64,000 nt of DNA from Proteromonas lacertae (taxonomy: Eukaryota): assembly GCA_002245135.1 (NCBI GenBank), contig NGBS01000007.1, positions 62,001 to 126,000 on the forward strand. Reading direction: 5' to 3'. The stretch's first letter is position 1. Every line of letters begins with the position of its first letter. Shown here piece by piece: positions 12,537 through 25,879 of the stretch. Both the position numbers and the translations under genes were made by a program. The notes beneath the pieces were generated by a model. The model was not told the DNA's origin, made no database searches, and saw only the letters and a list, made by a program, of their open reading frames with translations.

Positions 12537-15500
12537 ATGAGTAAGCCTGTATTTACATTTCTATTTATATTATAGAATAACAAGCCTAAGGTCAATATCA
12601 TAAAAGGTCCTGGAACTGTTATATCATCAAGAGGTGAAGTATTAGCTTTTGTTTTTATCATTTAGATTAATCAAAATGGGATTTTGATAAAAGAGTGGCA
12701 AAGAACTCCAATTCAATTATTACAACAATATTGTCAAAAGAATAATAGACCAAATCCAAGGTTTTTTCCTGCTTCATCAGAGCCATCGAAATTCAGATTC
12801 AAAGCGGTGCTATTTGATCCAAAAGATAAAGAAAAGAACCTCTCATTTTTACCAAATGTTGTATATTTTTTTAATACAATTGTCAATATAGTCATCTGAT
12901 GATGCAACAACAGCAAAACATACTGCTGCATTGCTAGCGCTTTTCCATTTTCAACCAACTATTCCACATGAGAATAAACTACCTGAACCATATAGAACTG
13001 CTTGGTTGAAAATGTCAGATCCATCATCTGTTAAAGCAGAAGTATCTAAAACATCGACTACAGAAAATCAACAACAATTCATTTGTAAATATTGTTCAAA
13101 ATCCTTCAATAAGCCATTTGCATTAGATACACATCTAAAGTCAACTCATTCATTAGAACTAAAGAAAGAAAATGAAGTTGAAGTAACTATACCACCACCA
13201 TCTCCTCCATCATTACAACAACAATCACAATCATTACCATCAATACCATTAACAATAGAAACACAAGAAGGTGGAGATAAGGAAAAAGAAACAGTAGAAA
13301 TAATAGCAAATGAATATCGATATACTTCGCAATACGAAAGAAGACTCAAGCAAATAGAAAGTAGAGAAAAAAGAACAGAAAAACAAATAAAAAGAAAGGA
13401 AATGGCTCCTTTAATTACCGATGTGTATATGAATGAAGAAAATCGAGAAATGGTAAGTGAATTAATTGATTTATTCAATAAAACAACTGATAGTATAAAT
13501 ATTTATATAATATATTTAAATATAGTGAATATAAAAACAACTGTTGATACTAATAAAATAATAACAAAATTAATTAGTTATGGATTTACACCTTCACAAA
13601 TCACATTAGGATTATCAAATGGTAATACTTTGAATGATATTTTAGATTATTTGTGTTTAAAACTACCAGAAGATGAATTACCAAAGAGTTTTAGACCAAC
13701 TGGACAATTTGAAGTATCTTTACCTTCTAAATGTAAATTAACACCATTTATTCATTCTTATGGATTTAAAGAGAAAGATATTGAAAAAGCGTATTAATTT
13801 CTTTTGTGTATATATATTATGTAGATATGATATATCAAAGAATGATAACTTTTATGAAATATTTTATGTATTATATAATCAATTATTGAGATGCAATAAT
13901 CTACCATCACTTGAAGTGAAAGAGATTGATATAGAATCGTTTAATGAGTTTATTCAAAATGAATTTGATGCTTTACAAGCTGTATATTATGAAGAATGTG
14001 AAATTACAAATAAAGAAAATCAAAAAGTAATTACATTTAATATGAATAAACTTGATGAAAAGATGAACTTTACAATAGATATGTGTTTTTTAATTAATTC
14101 TAATAAGGAATATGTATTTAATCCAATTATTTTAGTAGCTGGAGATTCTGTTAGTGATACAATGAAGATGACAATTAGTTTATATTTGTATAGGCAATCA
14201 TTAGAAATGTCTAGAGATGGAATATTATCTTCTATTCTATTATTATTTATAGATAATTATTCTAGTATATCTACCACTGATTTTATACAACTCACATGGG
14301 AAAATAATAATAATAATAATGAGATAAAAACTAATAGATTAATGCAAATGAATAATAATTATTCACAAACAAAACCAAATACAAAGTCAAATAACTATCA
14401 TAATAGTAACAGTAACAACAACAGTAATCACATTAAATTAAATCCAATTGAAGAATCTAAATACATGTATGATAAATACCATGCAAAAATGGAAAATAGT
14501 CCAAATAAATCAATTGAAAATACAAGACTAAATTTGCCAGTTTATCAGTATAGAGATCAAATATTGGAATTAATATCAAAGAATCAAGTAATTTTAATAA
14601 GTGGAGAAACAGGTTGTGGAAAAACAACACAAATTGGTCAATATTTACTAAACCATTCAATATTATCGAATAATAGTGGAAATACTTCAATAATATGCAG
14701 TCAACCAAGAAGAATAGCTGCAATAGGAGTTTGTAATAGAGTTTGTGAAGAAACAGGAACAAATTGTGGTGATATAATTGGCTATAGCATTAGAGGAGAA
14801 TCAAAACTGAGTAATCATACACATTTACAGTTTTGCACAAGTGGTGTATTATTGAGAACCTTACAAAATGATTCATTATTATCAAATTATAGTCATATCA
14901 TTCTAGATGAAATACATGAAAGAGATATTAATATTGAGTTTTTATTGATTCTGTTAAAAAGACTTATAAATAAGAGAAAAGATTTGAAGTTAATATTGAT
15001 GAGTGCCACTGTTGATGCCGATTTATTTTGTAAATATTTTAACAATTGTCCAGTAATTACAGTATATATATAATTCGTTATATTGGTTATTCATTTATTA
15101 TAGATTCCAGGTAGAACATTTCCAGTAAATGTGACTTATTTAGATAAAATATGTGATATTATAGATTATGATATAACCAAATTGCCAGTTGGTAAGAATC
15201 AATATAGTTTGAATGATTATTATCCTGTTATAACTAAATTAGTTGAACATATTATTGTATATATTTATAATTATAATGTATAGAATAATAAAGTGATGAA
15301 TAATGATGGTTCAATATTGGTATTTCTATCAGGAAAAGGTGAAATTAACTCACTCTCTCAATCATTACAGAAATCAAATATATCAAATCAAATCCAAGTT
15401 ATTCCCTGTCACAGTACATTAACATCAATGGAACAAAGTTTGATTTTCAATAAGCCTAGAAATGGAATAACAAAAATAGTATTAGCAACAAATATAGCAG

Positions 15501-16900
15501 AAACATCATTGACTATACCAGATTGCGTAATAGTGATAGATACAGGAAGATTAAAAGAAATAAAATACGATAATTCAATTGAAATGTCTTCTTTAGTAGA
15601 AGTATGGGTTTCTAAAGCAGCAGCTAATCAAGTATATTGTTATTTTTATTATATGTTTATAATATAGAGAAGTGGAAGAGCAGGAAGAGTTAGAAATGGT
15701 TATTGTTATAGATTATATACAGAATATGAATTCAAATCATTTAATAGTCATCAAAGTCCAGAAATCTTAAGAATTTCATTGGAATGTTTATGTTTACAGA
15801 TATTAGATATTGGATCAAATAATATAAAAGCATTTCTTGAACATGGTTTATGTGTTCCACCTGAAGATACAATAATGAATGCAATATATTTATTACAAGA
15901 TTTATGTGCAATAAAGAGAATAGAAAATAAAAAAGATTTGTATGAATTAACAGCATTAGGTAAACACTTAGTGAAATTGCCATTACATCCAAGAATAGGT
16001 AAAATGCTAATATTTGGTACAATTCTTAAGTGTTTAGATCCAATTTTAACCATAGTATCATCTCTCAGTTGTCAACAGTTATTAAATATCCCATACAACC
16101 GTCGAGATGAAGCAATAAAATGCCATTTGAAATATGCGCATGATAGAAGTGATCATATTTCAATACTACATATTTATAAAGATTATCTATTAGCCTATAA
16201 CAAATATGAATGGTGTAGAAACAATTTCATTAACTTTGAAGGGATGAAAAGGATTACTGAATATAGATTGGAGTATTTAAAGTGTTTATATGAAATTGGT
16301 TTAATTACTGATGAAGAATATAATGATATTCAATATAGAAGATATGAATGTCAATCAATCCATGAATATCGTAAAGATTCAAATATGATTAAATGTGCAA
16401 TAACAGCAGGTCTTTATCCAAATTTAATTGAAATAAGAAAACCAAGAAGTAAATACGAAGTAACAATATCTGGTACGTTTAGTAAACCATGTGAAGCAAA
16501 TGAAATTAAATATTTTGTTAGAATAAACGGAGGAAGACATAGGGTATATTTGAATAATTCTTCTGTCAATTTCTTTGAATCAAATTATGATTATAATTAT
16601 TTATTATATTTCAATCAAATAAAAACGTCTAAAATTCTAATATCTGATACTACAGAAGTTCCACCTTATCCGTTATTGATATTTGGAGGAGATTTAGAGA
16701 TTGACTATGACAAAAGTATTATTATAATGGATGGATGGATGCAGTTTAGTACACCTTCAAAAATATCAATATTGATAAAGAAAATAAGAGATTCTATAGA
16801 TAAATTGTTATTGAAGAAGATAGAAGAACCATCATTTGATTTGACAAATAATTCCCTTATATCGGCTATATATTATTTAATATATAGAAATGGTTTATAA
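12537..16900 (+). CDS. DEAH-box RNA helicase, DHX57/DHX29-like (dsRBD-like, C2H2, UBA, RWD-like, helicase, HA2, OB)
   Basis: GETGCGKTT, QPRRIAA, DEIH, MSAT, TNIAETSLTI, QRSGRAGR; introns restore the frame. Confidence 0.9.
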
Positions 16901-17004
16901 GTTATTTTTTCCATTGTTTTTCTGCAATACATGTAAATACACAATAATACACCTGTATAAATTCAAAAATTAAATATTTAGTTGTTTGTTTATTCGTTTG
17001 TGTG

Positions 17005-17929
17005 ATGAGTTTATCTCGGAAGCTAAGTGAAATATTTATAGTTTGTTTGTGTTATTTGTGTGTTCTACATAATTTAAGTGTTTATCAATCCTTTGTTGTT
17101 ACATCCGTTCTTCTTTTTCTTATACTGTTGGTGCTTAATGATAAGAATATAAGTAGTACTCAAGAAAAAGATGTGAAGATGGAAACAATACCCGAAGAAA
17201 ATAAAATATCTGCTGAAGAAGAAATGTATGAAAAAAGTGTAAATAAAGATGAAAAATGTTCAAATAAAACACCTACAGTAATAAAACACAGTATTAACAT
17301 ATCTAATATAAATTCAACTGAGAAAATCATATCACCTCCTTTCTCAACTCAATCAATAGAAACATATACAGAAAATGAATCAAATGTAAGTTTTACATCC
17401 TGTGAATCATCATCAGATAGTTCTATAAAGATCAATAAAAGATTATCGCTTTCATCATCTTTATCAGTATCAACTCCAGAATCATAAATTAACACAAACT
17501 CCTGATTTGTCTAATAATAATAATTATTATTATCAATCGCCCTTTCTATCACCATCCATTAATTCGATATTTCCTTCAATTAGATATTTAATTAACTCAA
17601 ACACTCCAACTCCATCAAAATCATTTAATAATTCTCCAATTGTAAATACAAAACCTAATTTAATACAATCTTGCTATAATACAGAATACAATTTTGATAA
17701 TAGTACATATAAGATGAATGATGATCAATTCAATGAAATGGTTGATAAATTGAATGAGGATGATTTATTGAAATTGAAAAATGATTTACAGAAGCATATA
17801 GAAGAATGTAATGATGAATTAATTAATGAGTTGTTATATAGTAGTGAATTAAATGATAATATTGAAGAATTGGATAAACAATCAAGAGAAATTAGTATAA
17901 AAGCACAACTAAAATATAAAATATGTTGA
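17005..17929 (+). CDS. Protein with 2 N-terminal TM segments, Ser-rich linker and C-terminal SCHIP1-like coiled coil; +1 frame break at about 17430-17487
   Basis: ORFs 17002-17487 and 17507-17929 join if one base is removed (second frame open from 17429). Confidence 0.5.
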
Positions 17930-18021
17930 AGATAAAATAAATAATAATTTAATAATCTTTTTTTTATTTATCCTTTTCATTCTTTAAAATTGTTTTATAC
18001 ATTAACAAACAACATATATTA

Positions 18022-18864
18022 CTATTTATTTCTTAACATAACATTATTTAAATTATCATATTCATCTTCTAAACTCTCTTTTATTTCAAAAGTATTGATC
18101 AAAAACTCATTAGCCTTGTTTATTACCATATTCAAATCATTTTTCATTGCTTCTAACTCATCATCGTTCATTGATTGACAATACTCATCAAATATTGAAG
18201 AAGATACATTATAAATATTTAAACTGTTTTTTAAATTATAGTTTTGTGTTAATAAAAATGATAATATACTTTTATCAACTTTTATTTCATTATTTATTGG
18301 AGGTAAGGGAAGTTCTTTTTCAATACCAATTGATAATGGAACTGGTGGTGGAGGAAAATTTGGAAATAAATCATTTTCATCAATTGGTTTATTTGATCGA
18401 TTATAAAGATTTTCTTTTAATTTCATACTCTTCCATAATTTATGTAGTTTATGTGTTTTCCATCTACTTTGTATTAATTTTGCTTTTCTATTTTTCTCTT
18501 TCAACTCTTCTTCTGCTAGCAATCTATGATATTCTCTTTCTTCTTCTAACTGTTTGATTTTTAACAACTTCTCACATTCAATGACTTGTTTCTTAGCTAT
18601 TTCATCCTGTTTTTCACTTTCTTTGAGAAAATACTCATAGTATAGAGAATTGTAAACCTAGAATCTCATTTAATTCTAATATACTTTCTTTGCCAAATGT
18701 TTTCTGACTAATGACTGTACAATTATGGTATTCTTTTCTTTTGAAATATCTTGCTTGTTATTTGTAAACATATTATTGGCTATTCGTTTATCTATACTCA
18801 TTAAATCTCTATATGTCTGTTTGTCAGCAGATTCTTTCCATTTTTGCTTTTCGTTTTCATCCAT
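18022..18864 (-). CDS. IQ-motif protein with Pro-rich segment and C-terminal SCHIP1-like coiled coil
   Basis: VQSLVRKHLAKK and IQSRWKTHK IQ motifs; one intron at about 18658-18684. Confidence 0.6.
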
Positions 18865-18909
18865 ATGACACAAAAAACAAAAAAATAATAACAAACTTGT
18901 TTGATCAAA

Positions 18910-19452
18910 ATGATTTTAATCAAAGGAATTTCTCGTACTATAGACAATTATCTCACATTTAAGAATATTAAAAGATATTTATCATACAAGAGTAACAATA
19001 TAATACAGTCTGATAATGATGAAATAAATAAAACAGAATTAGTTATCTACCACAGTGATATTATGACAATCAAAAAATCAAAATTTCAATCCCATTTATG
19101 TAAAATTAACGATATAGATAATATAAATAAATTTAGATCAGAATTATTGAATAATAGAAAAATAAGAAAAGCAACTCATAATATACTAGTCTATCGTTTT
19201 ACCAATCCAAGTACAAATAATATAGAAACAGGATCTGATGATGATGGAGAAACAGGAGCAGGGAAAAGATTAGAATATATGATAAATAGATTAAAGCCTA
19301 ATAATGTTGCTGTAATAGTTACAAGATGGTTTGGAGGTATATTATTAGGTCCGTGTATATATGAATTATTATTATTATTATTAGCAAGATTTAAATATAT
19401 AAACGAAATAGCAGAAAGAATAATTAAAGACTATAATAATAAAGAGAAATAG
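18910..19452 (+). CDS. IMPACT/YigZ (UPF0029) family protein lacking an RWD domain
   Basis: KKSKFQSH, ATHNI, DDDGETGAG, VTRWFGGILLGPSRFK. Confidence 0.9.
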   Translation: MILIKGISRTIDNYLTFKNIKRYLSYKSNNIIQSDNDEINKTELVIYHSDIMTIKKSKFQSHLCKINDIDNINKFRSELLNNRKIRKATHNILVYRFTNPSTNNIETGSDDDGETGAGKRLEYMINRLKPNNVAVIVTRWFGGILLGPCIYELLLLLLARFKYINEIAERIIKDYNNKEK

Positions 19453-19457
19453 TTATT

Positions 19458-20161
19458 TTATTTGTTCTTATTATTCTGTTTAATAAGACTGAGAAAGTAA
19501 TCTTTATCTGCAGATGTAACAAATTTGAATTCATGTTTTCTATTTTATATATACATATTAGAAGAGAAGAAGAAATACAAATCTTTAGTAACAAAAATAA
19601 CAGTATCATCATTTTCATCTTTAACCATATTTATTTCTGAAAATGTAAGTATTTCATGTGATTTAAATGGACCAAATGTTGTCCAGCTTATCTATTGTGT
19701 TGGTTAATAGTGTATATTAGGTACATATGATTTATTATAGCTGTTGAATTTAATTGATAGTTTTGTTCTATATGATATTGCATATTTTGTCTGTTTAAAT
19801 GCAATAAATTCATATAAATTTTCATCTGTTGATAATGGTAGATATTCGTTACTACCATTAGAAAATTTGAGTGTTGATTTATCATTTTCTGGAGATTTTG
19901 CGCTAATCAAATCTTCAACATTTACAGACTTTATTGAACAATCATCTTCAGTAGATATTGAAGATATTGGTGTTGAATGTGGAATGAACAATTCTCCTTC
20001 AAATACTGATTTTGCTATCTTCTTTTTGTTTTTGTTAGGGTATGATTTTCTTTTAGAATGTAATTCTTTGACATTATTTTTACTATATGTTAGTATTAGC
20101 AGAATTTAACAAAATACTCAACTTCAGCAGTGTATGTATGTTTATATTGCGATATAGACAT
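19458..20161 (-). CDS. Hypothetical protein, possible C-terminal PH-like fold
   Basis: Spliced ORF from ATG 20161 through 3 GT-AG introns to TAA 19458. Confidence 0.45.
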
Positions 20162-20329
20162 GCTATATTTATTGCAATGATATTTAGAATTTAAAGTGAT
20201 TAAAACTTCACAAAAGAGTATTAGCGAATTAAAGTAAAATAATTCAAAAAAGTGATTTAAAAACTATATCTACAATTCATACAAATATAAATTGTTAATA
20301 TATGTAAATATATGCAAAATATAGATAAA

Positions 20330-20902
20330 TTATTGTTTATTTACCCAATCATCATATGCTGGTTTGTTTAATTTTTGCATTTGTGACTATTTAATATATG
20401 TATACAAAGAATAAAATACTTTAACAAAGCTGAAAAAGCCTTCTGCTGATTTATCACCCATATATTGTTGTCCAGAATCAGTACTATATTAATATAAACA
20501 TGTGTGTATATAAATACGAAGAAGAAAAGAATTTGATTGTTGGATAACTTCTTATACCATATGTATTGCAAGTATCTCTTGAAACAGTACAATCTACTAT
20601 AACAAATGGAACTAAGTCATTTGATAATTCATTACCTATATTAATAGATAGTAAATATATACCTTGGACAAAATATGGTTTCACTCTTTTGCATCTTCCA
20701 CACCAAGGTGACATGAACATTACTAGTAGTTGTGGATGTTTTTGACGATAGGGAGTAAATGTTCCATCACCTAAACCGACTAAAAACCTATTCTAGATAA
20801 AAATGAAAAATACTTTTTGTTTTTTGCCTGACCAAGCCTTGCAGAAACCATTACAATAGTAACTGTCAATAGAATATAAATTATATTTGTTCTATTTGTC
20901 AT
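20330..20902 (-). CDS. Secreted single-domain thioredoxin/PDI-like protein
   Basis: Signal peptide; MFMSPWCGRCK, VDCT, GIRSYPTIKFF; 4 introns including a 21-nt one. Confidence 0.85.
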
Positions 20903-21025
20903 CACAGCGCAAGAAAAACAAAAAATAAATTGATGAAAGCTCAAACAAGTTTGTTAATAAAAATTTTCACTTTTTGCTAGATAAAATGATATCCAATGAA
21001 CACTTACTACAAATCAAATAATTAA

Positions 21026-22372
21026 TTAATTTAAACGATTTAAATTATTATTTTTCACAATACACCTTAATGTGTGATGAATACAACGCCAAGGCCTTCC
21101 ATACGATCGATTACACACTCTACACATGAAAAGAGCTGGATTTCTTCTATCATACTGTTCTAACTGCATTCTCGTATATAATTCATAATATTTTGTTTTA
21201 AGATACTCTGCCCTGACCATGGTATACTGCAGGCTTAAATGTCGTGATTTCTTTATTCTACGAGCTTCAATATACCCTCGAATAGTCTTCTTTCTCTTCT
21301 GTAGATGTAAAAACCAAGGGAAGAAAGTGTCAAAGGTTATTACATTTCTAAACTTTGGATCTAAATTATTCACTTCTTCACAAAAATCTTCATTAGTGAT
21401 TGCAAAGTTAATTACTACCAATACAAGTGTTCTAACTTGTGCTCTATTTAAATAACCACTTTTATCAGTATCACAATAATTAAACAACTTATGTAAATTT
21501 GATTCAAACATCTTAATGCTTTTATTATTGAAATTTAAATGTTTTACCAATGAATCCAACACTCGACCAGCTATTTTCAATTGTTGTACTCCTACTTTTG
21601 ATTCATAGATATTCTCAATAGCTGTTTCAGCTTCTACCAGTGATTGTTTCATTAATAAATATCTATATTCAATTCTATTTCTTTCATATATATCATAACT
21701 ATTCAATACTTGCCACATTCTGAATGTAGCTTGTATTTTAGTGATTGCTCTTATTCGTTGAGATTGTGTAATTATTGTACTAAATTGTTTCGCAGATGAT
21801 GTGCAATTTCCTCCACAATTTGATCTAATTACAGAATTTTTCACTTTTGTCTTAGATGCTAACATCTCTTTATAGGATGGATGAGAGATACTACTAGAAT
21901 TGGATGCTTCATCATGAAATGATTGCGATAACACAGGTTGGACATAATTCACTTTGGATTTATGGTTTGCATATACAGAGGTAATAGTAGTATCATACAA
22001 TGTGGGTTTTTGAAATAAATTTGATATAGTGCTTTCGCAACTGGAGGAACTATCCCGAAATGATGGTTGAGGTTGGTGATGGCTTTTTCTTATATCTCTG
22101 TATGTACTATATCTTGGTCTAATACACTGCGCTACTTTCACAGGCGTTCGGCAAACAGTGTTCTCTTCAATTAATGAACCTCTGGAGGTTCCAAAGCTAA
22201 TAGTACCCCTTATACCATCATCACTAGATATTTTAGTTACTTTTGTGTGAGTCTCTCTGCTCCTAATGTTCTTTTGGTTTGATTGGTTGATATCTAAAAA
22301 TACATCACTTTTACCGTGCAATGACGATAGCTCATAGTCTACTTCAACTGTAGGACTATTTAATTGTTGCAT
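21026..22372 (-). CDS. IQ motif + EF-hand pair + C-terminal C2H2-like zinc finger protein
   Basis: AITKIQATFRMW; DTDKSGYLNRAQV; DPKFRNVITFDTF; CRVCNRSY...HH..RC; start may lie further upstream. Confidence 0.65.
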   Translation of the reverse strand: MQQLNSPTVEVDYELSSLHGKSDVFLDINQSNQKNIRSRETHTKVTKISSDDGIRGTISFGTSRGSLIEENTVCRTPVKVAQCIRPRYSTYRDIRKSHHQPQPSFRDSSSSCESTISNLFQKPTLYDTTITSVYANHKSKVNYVQPVLSQSFHDEASNSSSISHPSYKEMLASKTKVKNSVIRSNCGGNCTSSAKQFSTIITQSQRIRAITKIQATFRMWQVLNSYDIYERNRIEYRYLLMKQSLVEAETAIENIYESKVGVQQLKIAGRVLDSLVKHLNFNNKSIKMFESNLHKLFNYCDTDKSGYLNRAQVRTLVLVVINFAITNEDFCEEVNNLDPKFRNVITFDTFFPWFLHLQKRKKTIRGYIEARRIKKSRHLSLQYTMVRAEYLKTKYYELYTRMQLEQYDRRNPALFMCRVCNRSYGRPWRCIHHTLRCIVKNNNLNRLN

Positions 22373-23096
22373 GAGAACATTAGTATTTTAGAAAAGAAAA
22401 ACTGATGCAAAATATCAAACGACTTTAAATGTATAACGGATGAACTGAATCTTCTTTTTTAGCGTTAGTTGAAGAAGATAAATCGAATTTTAAATGATGT
22501 TATTGTTTGTTACAGTAGCTGTAAATTTAAGAACCTAATAAAATGCATTATTGATGCATCGATTAATTTGTTTTTCAGTTTCTCTAAGTGTGTTATGTAT
22601 TTTTATTTTATATGAAATAAAAATGTTGTTATATATATGATTTAATAAAACACAACGAATTTTATTATCTCTATATGATTTATGAAAAATTCTAAAAATT
22701 TCTTGATAATAATGTCATTTAAGTCATATAATTATTAAACTACACTCATACCGCTATATTTATATATATACATGAAGTGACTAAAAGAAATAATCACTAC
22801 AATTTGAAAATACTTGACCAACTCATTAATATCAAATCAATGATTATGTAATTGAACGTATGCTATAAAAATATATACGCGTAACAAAGTTATAATATTA
22901 CTTTTATAAAAGTAAGATGTGCTTTATTACTTTTAATAAACCATAACATAAGATCCTATAATATTGAACAAAAAAATGCAATTATTAGTGGAGTATGAGT
23001 TAATATAGTCAAGTTACTCTCATTTTGTTATTTTCTATGAAAGACATTCATCCCTCACAAATAATATTAAAACAATGATTTTGTTAATCATATCAA

Positions 23097-23744
23097 TTAT
23101 ATCTGTTCATTCATCAACACAGTTTTGACATTCTTTTCAGATGAATCTTTTCTTTTATTGATACTGCTTAAGTGAACTGTTATTACAATCACCAATCCAA
23201 TTATTGCTACAGATGCTACAACAAATGATATGATCAAAATTTTATAACTCTTGTTCTTTGTCGATATAATTCCTGAATCATCATTAGATAAGACTGTTAT
23301 CTGAATGTCTTGAATACTTGTAAAATTTCCAGTAATTGCATAAACTCTGTATATTAAACTACTTGGTTCTTTTGGATAACCTGAGATCTTACCATTAATT
23401 ACATTAATTGCTAGTCCATACGGTAATTCTGGAGTAATATTTATCATATCAACACTGTCAATTATAATTGGAGTTATTTCTGCCTTTTTACCACTAATTA
23501 GCACATTCTCATAATAATCATAAAGTAATGGAATTCTTTCACAATCATGGACTTCCATCCATACCGCTATTCCATTCTTTTCAACACATGTTCTATATTT
23601 ATACATATGATCATCACAGCGAATTGTAGCTGTATGATTGACCTCTGTCGCAGGGAAATCAGATTGAGTAGGACAGAATAATTGTTGAGTATTATTAGCG
23701 TATGATAATGCTAAAATGATGAAGAATAAAAAAATAATTTTCAT
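23097..23744 (-). CDS. Type I membrane protein with Cys-rich (HRM-like) module and putative Ig (He_PIG-like) domain
   Basis: Signal peptide; C...C...RTC...W...C; ITPELPYGLAINVINGKISGYP; C-terminal TM. Confidence 0.7.
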   Translation of the reverse strand: MKIIFLFFIILALSYANNTQQLFCPTQSDFPATEVNHTATIRCDDHMYKYRTCVEKNGIAVWMEVHDCERIPLLYDYYENVLISGKKAEITPIIIDSVDMINITPELPYGLAINVINGKISGYPKEPSSLIYRVYAITGNFTSIQDIQITVLSNDDSGIISTKNKSYKILIISFVVASVAIIGLVIVITVHLSSINKRKDSSEKNVKTVLMNEQI

Positions 23745-24220
23745 TTCTATTTTGTGGGATATATTTGTGAATAAAACTTTTTTGGATTTTTGTGTTGCTA
23801 AAATGTCTCACATATTTTTCATTGGATATTATAATTATAAAGAAATATCATTGTTTATCTATTTTAAATAAAGATATTACTCTACATATTATACTTGTTT
23901 TTCTATATAATTTCATAATGTTTTACTTTTTATGTCTGATATATTTATAAAATATAACCAATTCAGTAAAGCATATCTGTTTCATTAAATGTTGATCTTC
24001 ATTTATTAATCATCATATAAGCATATATCTCTTTAATAGTAGTAATTAAACGTAAATCATTATTCTAGACATAAAAGATCATAATAATCTTCCTATCATT
24101 AAGTTTACTCACAACATTAATAATAAACCATTTATATCTCTGTGTAACATCTTTATAACTCACTATAATTCTTTATACTCAATTAAATTCAAAAAATAAA
24201 TCAAAAATTAAAGCCTCACT

Positions 24221-24231
24221 TATCAAGCCAA
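24221..24231. promoter_or_regulatory. TATCAAGCCAA promoter motif
   Basis: About 45 nt upstream of ATG 24275. Confidence 0.55.
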
Positions 24232-24274
24232 GTTATTAAAGTATCTTTCTTTTCTAAACTAAACAACCAACAGT

Positions 24275-24657
24275 ATGAGTGATGAAACTGATGCAAGACC
24301 TCGTAAAAATAGTGAATTAGCGTTTGATGTTAATCAATCACGTCCAAGAGTTGGCTGTATCTTAATTTGTTATTGCTTCTATTAGCCACAATTAAAACTT
24401 ACAGATGCGATGGATGCAATGAAGTTTTAGATGAAAGACAAATTGAAGATCATATGAAAAAGTGTATTGCTGGTGATTCATATAACAATTTTCAAGAAAT
24501 ATCAACAGATGAATTCTTAGATGAGAGCAAAGATCCATTTTCACTTCCATTAACATATATAGATGAATCAAAGAAAGAAGACGAAACACCAAAGGATGGT
24601 GAAGGTGAAAATCCAGATGGAACTGGTGAAGAAGCTCCTAAAGAAGAAACAGCTTAA
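24275..24657 (+). CDS. Small acidic protein with C2HC (UBZ-like) zinc finger
   Basis: MSDETDARPRKNSEL, one intron, then YRCDGCNE...EDHMKKC. Confidence 0.55.
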
Positions 24658-24785
24658 ATTATAAAAATAATTAGTAGAAATGAATATGTAATTTTTAATT
24701 ATTATTTTTTATATGTTATTATTTGACGTGTCTTTCTAAAAAGAGAATATTAATATATAATATAAAAAATAAAATAGAAAAATTC

Positions 24786-25794
24786 TTAATCCATTTTCTT
24801 CATAATAAATTCTTTGGATTCATAGAAGAATGAATCTACCAAACTAAACACTGTATAAAGTCCTCCTAAAATAGCACAAACACTAGTAATAAACTCAATA
24901 ATTGTATATCTATATTCTTCAATTTCTAAACGAATAGGTGAGAATTCATATTTAAAGAATATTCCTGGCTTTAATAACTCATTTCTAGAATCAGTTTGTA
25001 GTTTATGATAATGATGAGTATAACTATATTGAAATGTTGAAATTTTATTTCCAGCAATGTCTTTATAGACAGTTGGTACTATTTTTACAAAGTATAACAT
25101 ATGACCTGGACCATCTATTACTTCATTTACTCCTTCTAATGTGTTATTCATATTAGGAATAACTGGTCCGAAATATAATTTACTAATGAAATGAGATGGA
25201 TTATATCTGTTTAATTGTTCCATTGAATATTGATGTGTATGCTATATATATATATATATATAATTATATACATAATCTTTTGAATAGGCTATACTTGAAC
25301 CTAATGAAAAAACAAATGTTCCAGGTGCTCTTGCTAAAGCAACTGTTCCTTCCAATAAACATCCTTTATTAATGAATGTAGTTCTGTTTGCAGTTTGAAT
25401 TAGAGACAATTCTGGAACATAGGGAGTTTTACTTAGTTTGTTCATTGCTAGAAGTTGATTTCCGTGTAAATCTTCCACATCAATATTTGCTTCTAGTATT
25501 TTTATTAAATAATTATTATACCATCACAAGGAACAAATGGTAAAGTCATTGCTAAAGTTAAATTGATTGTATCACCTTCAGATTTTGTATCAGCAGTTAT
25601 TTTTCGAAGATAATGCACTTCCCTGTAGTGATTAAACTCTGATATAAACAAAGTCACTGCTAAACAAGCGCATGTTATTGTTACTATGAAATTATATAAA
25701 TTCGAACAACAATACATATAGCACCACATAATGTTCTTGTATATGCTCCATCTCTGTATTTCATATAAGCATCATACTTATTGAACTTCGGCAT
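24786..25794 (-). CDS. ERGIC3/Erv46-family COPII cargo protein
   Basis: KYDAY...TRTLCGA, PCD, GCLLEG, YFVKIVPT, PGIFFKYEFSPI, CAILGGLYTV. Confidence 0.85.
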
Positions 25795-25879
25795 TACAAA
25801 TAAAAAAGAAAATTATAAAAAAGTCAAAGTGACAAATTGACAGTAATTTCTGTGTCAATCTTCTTTTCTTAAAATAATC

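Noticed and set aside
12676..12690. ATG immediately followed by stops at the apparent helicase start
   Set aside because: Out-of-frame ATG; the real start is 12537 via two introns
22400..24200. Long AT-rich flanks around the Ig-domain gene as a possible mobile element
   Set aside because: No terminal repeats, target-site duplication or transposase seen
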